64,000 nt of DNA from the NCBI GenBank assembly GCA_958009085.1, contig OY253668.1:1798001-1862000 (forward strand). The letters are read 5' to 3'. This document shows positions 57,032 to 64,000 of this stretch, in pieces. This DNA comes from Protoeuglena noctilucae (Eukaryota). A program made the position numbers and the translations under genes. Below the pieces are notes generated by a model. The model ran no database searches, had not been told where the DNA came from, and saw only the letters and a program-made list of their open reading frames with translations. The stretch's first letter is position 1, and each line of letters begins with the position of its first letter.

Positions 57032-59459
57032 TCATCCGAACGCTACAACCCCGTGATGAATCCACCACCGGGCTGCGACGCGCGCTGCTCCCGGCAGACA
57101 CGCGGCCACCAGGACGAGGCCCATCGCAAGCAGGGCCCCCAGCCCAGCGTCCGTCGCATTCCACGTGAGCTTCCCGCCCACCCCTGGGCTGCTGCTGTCG
57201 TCCCTGCCAGACACAGAGGCAGGCATATCGGCATCGGCCTGATTGGTACCACCCATCCCCGCCGGGGCGCCCTGGGTGCCGCCCCGCTGTGTCGATGAGG
57301 GCTTGTCCGCATCGCATGGCCACGCCACCGCAGTTCCTGGCTCCCCTCCCACTCCCGAACCCGCATCGTCGGGTCCCGGGAACACCACCTCGATCACGGT
57401 GCCCTCCACGTGCCATCGTGCCGCCGCCGTCACGCGCACCCGCACCACCCCGCCCAGCAGCCTCGGCCCGGGTGGCACGAGGACCTGCACGTACCCCCGG
57501 GTGTGCCCCACGAGTCTCCCGCCCTTGGGCGCCACGTCCACGACCCATACGTCTTGCTCGGTGCCCACGAGGTGCGAGTACTTCTGCAAGACATAGCGGC
57601 ACTTGCTGGGCTCATCGCCAATGACTGCCAGTCCATGCAATGAGAGCGCACAGGTCACTCGCCTCGGTCCATGCGTCGACGAGCTCCGCCACCGCTCGGG
57701 AACGCGCCTTCTTGTCCTTCGCGGGGACGACCGGGCGCATGCGGGCGGCGGGCGTGCCGGGACGGGGGTAGAACTGCGACACGTGGGTGTGGCCGAAGCG
57801 GTAGTGTCGCAGCAGGGCTAACGTGGCCTCGTGGTCCGCCTCCGTCTCGCCAGGGAAGCCACAGATGATGTCCGTGGCGATTTCGAGACCCGGCACCTCC
57901 GCCAGCAGTGTGTCGCACACGCGGCGGAACTCGGACGCCGTGTACTCGCGGTTCATGCGGCGCAGGACCTCGTCCGATCCCGACTGGACGGGCACGTGGA
58001 GGTAGGCGAAGACGCGGGGGTCGCGAAGGCATGCCGCGATGGCGGGGAGGTGCTCCAGGATGAAGGGCGGGTTGGTCATCCCGACGCGGAGCATCACGCG
58101 GCCGTCCAAAGGCAGCTCACGGATCAGGAGGCGAAGCAGCGACGGCAGGTTCGTCCCGATGTCACGCCTGCACCCGGGGCCGGGCGTTCGTCTGGTCAGC
58201 TCCTCAAATGTGCTGTGGACCTCATGCTTGCGGACCGCCCCCGCCCCGCTCACCCGTACGCGCCCGTGTCCTCGCTGCTGAGCCATATCTCCCGCACCTC
58301 CCCGTCCGCCACGGCCACCCGGACCCTATCCACCAGCGCACTGGGGTCGTAGCTCCCCAGCTCCCCCCGCGCGTGCTTTGTCTTGCAGTAGGTGCAGCTG
58401 CCCAGACACCTGAGAGCGACAGACGCGGCAACGGTGGGACTTCCACCGCATTGCATCGACAGTGTAGGTTCCACTGTAAAGCGTCGACAGCACGCTGCAC
58501 GATGTGCGGACGTGAGCGCGCACCCTCACCCAGTCGACAGCGGCACGATTTCCACGAATCGGTTGCGGCGGACTTTGGGCAGGTCCAGCCGCGGCAGCGC
58601 CTTCTTCTGCAGGAGACGAGGGTCGAGGATGAGAGTCTCTCTGAGTTGACAAGACAGGCGAGGATGGCTGTGTCCGGGTGGATTGAGAAGGACCGTCGCA
58701 CCGCCAGCATCGCTGCGCCCCCGCGGTCGTCCGCTCGCCTTCAGCATGTGCACGACGTTCCCCTTGATCGTCTCCTCGACGGCCTCGACGACGCGATCAA
58801 TCTGCGACACGCCCAGCACTGACACGCCCTCAAGCTCACGCAGCCGACGGTCGCCCTGGGGCACGCAGCCGGCCACCACGATGGGCTTGGATGCCTCGTG
58901 GGCCTTGCTGCGAGCGGACGCGGAACGAATGGGAGATGCGGAGGAAGGTACGGACGCGCAGAGCGGTGGTAGTGCGCGAGAGATCAACGCTCACCGGAGG
59001 AGCGTAGACATGGCGTCCTGGCTGGGGCCCTTGACGGTGCACGTGTTGACGACCCAGGCGTCAGCATCGGCAGCCTCGGCGTCGGCAAGGATCACTCGGT
59101 AGCCATAGGCCGCAAGTTGCCCAGCCATGTACTCCGAGTCGCTCTGGTTGTGGGCGCAGCCGAAGGTCTTGACCCACACGGACTGAGTTCCCGGTACGTG
59201 CGCATGGTCCGCCTTCTCAACGTCCCGCAGAACGCGGCGGCGCACTCGGACGGCGGCGGGGAGCTCCCCTGCACGGACCCAAGCAGCAGCCATCGAGAGA
59301 CCCGTCAATCCGATGCGCCATTGCCCAAGCGAACAACGGCTTTGGCTTGCAAGCAGACTACGGTGCAGTCGGCAGCATTCCGCGGCGCTCACTCGTCACC
59401 CGGGCTCCGTCCGGCCCGGTCCCGGCCAAGTCCTCGATGTCTACATCCACCGCCGCCAT
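57032..59459 (-). CDS. CDKAL1: CDKAL1/e-MtaB threonylcarbamoyladenosine tRNA methylthiotransferase (radical SAM)
   Basis: [63 protein letters not shown] (CxxxCxxC), [51 protein letters not shown] domain, C-terminal hydrophobic anchor. Confidence 0.96.
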
Positions 59460-59785
59460 CCCGGCCCAGCTGCCGGGCCGGGGGCCACGAGAAGTTGCTA
59501 TACAAACCAGCGCGCTTTTGCTGGTGGCTCGCAGAGGCTTCATCAAGTAGAAAAATGGCTTCTGGCGGCGCCGGTGGCACGGCTCAGCACCAGCGCTTTG
59601 ACGGATGCCCGCGAAGCAGGCCCCGATGAGATGCTGCGTCGTGACTTCCAGCTCCACAGTCCTGCGTTTCTGCCGGGCCTAAGCCAGTCCTGTCTCTTGT
59701 GGCTGAAGCGTGCCGCTGGTGCCACAGTATCTGCTGAAGGCGTGGGGTCAAAGCTCAAGAAGAGGTCGTAGTTGAGCGACTGACC

Positions 59786-62204
59786 ATGGGGACGAAGGGC
59801 AAGAGGGGGCGGGAGATCCACAAGCAGTCTTTCGCAGGTGAGCAGCGCTGAAAGTCCTGTCGCGACTGCGAAGGGATGCCTGGCGCATCATGCGCGACAC
59901 GGATGTCGTCATCTGCTTGCGCATGCGTGCCCGCGACTGCCAGGGCCAAGCCGGCGGCTCTGCGGCGGCGGTTGCCAGTGACGCTGTCGGCCGCGCACCT
60001 CCTCGCCGCGCAGATGAGCTGCTGGACCCCGCGACGCGCGGGGTGAGGGAGAAGCCCCGGAGCGAGAAGCGGCGGCGGCGGATGGACGAGGAAGATGAGG
60101 GGGACGTCCCGGAGGTCCGTGGCGGCCGTGCGGTAGGTCATGAGAGCCTTGCGCGCGCTTTGCGACGGAGCGGACGCCGCGCCGGCTCGCTCTTTGCAGG
60201 ACCTGGCGCGGAAGATCATGGACACGGCGGGCGAGCAGCAGCGGGAGGTGCGGGAGGCGGAAGGGCATGCGCAGGGCGAGACGGCAGAGGACAAAGAGGG
60301 CCGCGACTTGCTGGCGTCTGCCCTGCGGCGCCAGAGCAAACGGCGAGGGCATTGGCGTTGTTCCATAGCCATCGCGTGCCTCCGCGTCTTGCTGCGGCGC
60401 TGGCAAGACCCGTGACGCGCGCTGGCAAGGGTGTCCGCAGGGCTGAGGGGGCGTGGGGCGCGGAGAGGGCTCCCATGCGCGGGGCCGAGCCCGACTCGGG
60501 ATCGGAGGGAGGGTGGAGCGGGGATGAGGGAGGGGAGGAGGAGGTTTGGGAGGAGGTGGCCGCTGGGGAGGAGGCCGTCACTGAGGACGACAAGGTGGGG
60601 AGGCGTGGATGCGCTGTGTTGGGGTTGCAAGAGTGATAAGCTCGTATGGGATGATATGGCGATGCGATGCCATCGGGACATCGAGAGGGACGCCTTGCCA
60701 TCTGCCGTCGTTTGGGAACGCACCCTTGATCAACCCGCCCCTTGGCAAGCCCTGGGCACGCTCAACCTGCGCGAGCATCCTTTCCCACTTTCCCATTTGG
60801 CGTGATCTCCACCTCAACAACTGTGCTCTGCGCCCCTCACCCCAGCGTGCATTGGAGGCTTTCATGGCTGGGAATACAGGGCCCTCTCGGTCCCTCGCTG
60901 ACGTGGTGCTGGCCAAGATACGGGAGCAGCAGGCGCGCGCGGGGCTCGAGGTGGTGCCGGAGGACGCGGACGCGGGGTACGTGGCGCCGGGAATCGACGC
61001 CAAGGTGGCAGCGGTGTACCGTGGGGTGGGCGAGGTGCTGTCGCGCTACACGACCGGCAAGGTGCCCAAGGCCTTCAAAGTGGTGCCGTCGCTGAGCAAT
61101 TGGGAGGAAGTGCTGCTGCTGACGGACCCAGAGGGGTGGTCGCCGCACGCCGTGTACGCCGCCACGCGCCTGTTCGCCTCCAACCTCAACGCTCGCATGG
61201 CCCAGCGATTCTACTCCCTCGTGCTCCTGCCGCGGTTCCGTAGGGAGATCCGCGATACCAAGAAGATCCACTTCGCGGTTTTCCAGGTGGGAAGTTTGAG
61301 AGGTCGAAAGGCGCAAGTTGCGTCTGTAGAGGTGGCGCCTGACCTGGCCCTCGGAAGCACGCCTGCCCTCCGCGCACCCTGCTCCCAGGCGCTGAAGAAG
61401 GCCTTCTACAAGCCCGCCGCCATGTACAAAGGCGTGCTGTTGCCGCTGTGCCAGTCCCGCACCTGCACCCTGCGCGAGGCGGTGGTGCTGTCGGCAGCCC
61501 TCAAGCGGGTCCATGTGCCCGTCCTGCACTCTGCGGCCGCGCTGCTGCGACTGGCCGAGATGGAGTACGGCGGCACCACCTCCTTCTTCATCCGCGTGCT
61601 GCTGGTGCGCAGCTGAGCTTAGCTGGCTTGCCTGCCCACGCATGGCGCCTGGCCAGCACCAGTGGGCCGGTTTGCTGCAGCCCCTCTCTGCAAGCTATAG
61701 TGTTCACTTGGTGGCGTCTACACACGCAGGAGAAGAAGTACGCGCTGCCCTACCGGGTTATCGATGCGCTGGTGGAGCACTTTGCGCGGTTCGAGCGAGA
61801 CGAGCGGCAGCTGCCTGTCGTGTGGCACCAGAGCCTGCTCACGTTCGTGCAGAGGTACAAGAACGAGGTGCGTGGTGTGGGATGGAAGCAGCATGCCCAG
61901 GACCGCCGGGCCTGGGCAGAGAAGGGAGCGCTTTCAGTGCCGGCAGGGTCACTTGCAAATCATTTGGTGTCTCTCGCAGATCCGGCTGGAGGACAAGGAG
62001 AAGCTGCGGCGCCTGTGCCGCGTGCAGTACCACTACCAGGTGACCCCCGAGGTGGTGCGCGAGCTCAACCAGTCGGGGGCACGGGGGGTGCCGTCCTTTG
62101 CAGTGGGGAGCAGCGGGGCTGCGTGGAAGCCGTCTCTCGGGGGCAAGCGGGTGGCGGAGGACGTCAGCAACCTGCCGCCCGTACTCATCATGGAGCGCGA
62201 CTAA
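59786..62204 (+). CDS. BYSL: Bystin/Enp1, 40S ribosome biogenesis factor
   Basis: [111 protein letters not shown]; stop TAA at 62204. Confidence 0.96.
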
Positions 62205-62339
62205 CAGACACCGTGCTCAGTCTTTGTCTTTGCTGCGCGGCACGATTCAACGTCTCGCTAACGATGCTTGCCGCACCGGCGAGCTACCAGGCAGACACAC
62301 GCGTGGGCAGGCGGCCTCTCAAAGGCTGCGACATCGCGT

Positions 62340-63933
62340 CTACTCCTCGTGGAGGGCGACCTTGAGGGCGTGGGTGACCTTGGTCAGGACGGCGATGATC
62401 CGCCCCTTGACCGTCTGGTCCTTGCCCACCTTGATCAGGCCCAGCAGCGCCCAGACGCCCGTGAGGGACTTGGACACGGCCACCACGAGGGCGGTCGTGG
62501 ACAGCGTCTTGAACTGCTCCGACATGCAGAAGTGGTCGGTGCTGACCTGCTTGGAGGTGTCCTTGGACATGGGGGCGCCATTGAAGGCGTGGATGAGCAG
62601 CTCGAGGTCGGCGCCGCCCTTGGTGTCGTTGACGACGATCTGCTCGAGCGTGCGGGCCACGCTGCGGATCGACGAGCGGGTCTGCAGGGGCGGATATGGA
62701 CGGGGGGGTCAGCTTCCGCACCAGTGGGGTGCGCACCTGCATCCTGTTCCTGCCACAGCCCGCTGGTCACTCGCCTGGTACCACGCGTGCAGGGACATGA
62801 CGGCCGAGAGTAGGTCGGCGAAGTTCTCGGGGTTCTGGATGGTGGCGAGCGTGAAGGCGATGACCTCGGCCAGGGCGCCGAAGAGCATCAGGGACGCCGA
62901 CGAGAGGGCGAGCGACATGGACATGACGAGCTCGGTGATGATGTCGGTCTGGCCGGGCAGGAACTCGAACTTCTTGCGGGCCTCCATCTCCTTGGGGTCG
63001 AAGGTCGGGTCGGCCTTCTCGCCGCAGCAGTCGCGGAACTCGGCCAGCGCCGTGGCGGCCTCGACGGCCTGCGCCACCTTCTGCTCCTGGGACACGCGGC
63101 CGTGGTCGCGGGCACTCTTCTCGTTCTTGGCGCGGATGGTCTTGGACGTCTTGGGGAGGGCGGGCGTGATGAGCTGGTCGACCCACTTGAGGGGGTTGAA
63201 GGCCCACTCGGACGTCAGGGCCTCGTTCGTCTCGGGGAAGAGGTCTGCGCGGGCCGGGCCGGGTGGCAGGGGTGACTCGGCGAGGGATATCGGGGCACGC
63301 CGCAGTACCAACGCTGCCGTGCCGCGCGCCCCACCACTCACCCAGCAGGCGGTCGAGGAGGGCCATGGAGGCGACGATGGCGACGGCCGAGGCGACGTGC
63401 TCGGGGTGCTTGGTCTCCTTGGTCACGCAGACGAGGCGGATGAGGGCGTTCAGGAGCCACGCGGCGCGGAGGTGGAGGTAGAGCTCGTCGAGGCGGGTGA
63501 GGACGCTGAGGACCTTGGCGAAGTCGCAGTCGTGCCACAGGGAGGTCTCGATCTTGCTGAGGTCCATCTTCTTGGCGGAGGAGAGCTTCTCGCGGGGGTT
63601 CTCGTCCTTGAAGTGCTCCTTACCGTCCTTGGTCTTGCCAAAGCGGTCCGCGGAGCTCGAGCAGATGTAGGCGAGGCCGAGGAAGTTGATGGCGTCGGTC
63701 ACGGCGAGGATGATCTCGTCGTAGTTGATCTTGGGGCCGCTGCCGGGGTTGTTGAGGTGCTCGAGGTACGAGATGACGCCCGAGAAGAGCACCGCCGCCA
63801 CCGCGATGTAGTACATCACGGAGCACTGGGACAGCGCGTCCCTGACCGCGTAGATGTGCGCGATCTCATTCTTGGTGAAGAGGATGTAGCGCTGGGAGTT
63901 GAGCTCCGACTTGAAGATGGTCTTGAAGTCTTG
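62340..63933 (-). CDS. Uncharacterised membrane protein with two related hydrophobic domains (5' end beyond the window)
   Basis: Three exons in phase: [22 protein letters not shown]...[14 protein letters not shown]...[19 protein letters not shown]...ALHEE*. Third codon positions are almost all G/C, a strong coding signal. Confidence 0.8.
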
Positions 63934-64000
63934 CTGCGGGGGCAAGGGCAGTTCGTCGGAAGCGGCGCATTTCGAGATCGACCGCCGCCAACCGGCGTCA

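Noticed and set aside
43920..59459. Two tRNA sulfur-modification genes (mnmA, CDKAL1) within 12 kb, near bystin and ALY, as a possible functional cluster
   Set aside because: They act in different compartments and are separated by unrelated genes; chance in a housekeeping-dense region is sufficient.
1..64000. Non-standard genetic code (TAA/TAG = Gln, as in some ulvophytes) or introner-type repeated introns
   Set aside because: Several conserved genes end at TAG/TAA at expected positions and no in-frame stops were needed in exons; introns do not share a family-wide sequence beyond splice signals and simple G/C tracts.

Overview
High-GC, intron-rich nuclear DNA of a green alga (chlorophyte-type gene content: PTB Na+/Pi symporter, TmcB/FixL-like PAS proteins, SGR, lumenal FKBP17). 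It uses the standard genetic code. I reconstructed 20 spliced protein-coding genes by hand, two of them cut by the window edges. I saw no RNA genes, CRISPR arrays or recognisable transposons. The left ~37 kb holds six genes, most of them long with repeat-rich introns: LRR protein, coiled-coil protein, PTB, a head-to-head pair of ~11-kb TmcB/FXL-like PAS membrane proteins, and a SAMHD1-like dNTPase. The right ~27 kb holds 14 tightly packed genes: bTHX, SGR, FKBP17, RBBP5, MnmA, an unknown plastid-type protein, ALG3, TTC1, DCAF7, ALY/REF, a Ubl-RUB fusion, CDKAL1, bystin and an unknown two-domain membrane protein. Most notable: (1) about 17 introns, roughly 1 in 10 by hand count, appear to use GC donors (AG|GCGAG), including 4 of 9 in the SAMHD1-like gene; (2) exon-intron junctions are repeatedly duplicated in tandem into the adjacent intron; (3) the divergent pair of putative heme-PAS sensors has no recognisable output domain; (4) the RUB/NEDD8 precursor carries a divergent, lysine-free ubiquitin-like domain in place of ubiquitin; (5) GTTGAA recurs downstream of stop codons as a candidate poly(A) signal. 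Exon boundaries and start codons come from manual reading and need transcript confirmation. Family assignments rest on recalled motifs, not database searches.
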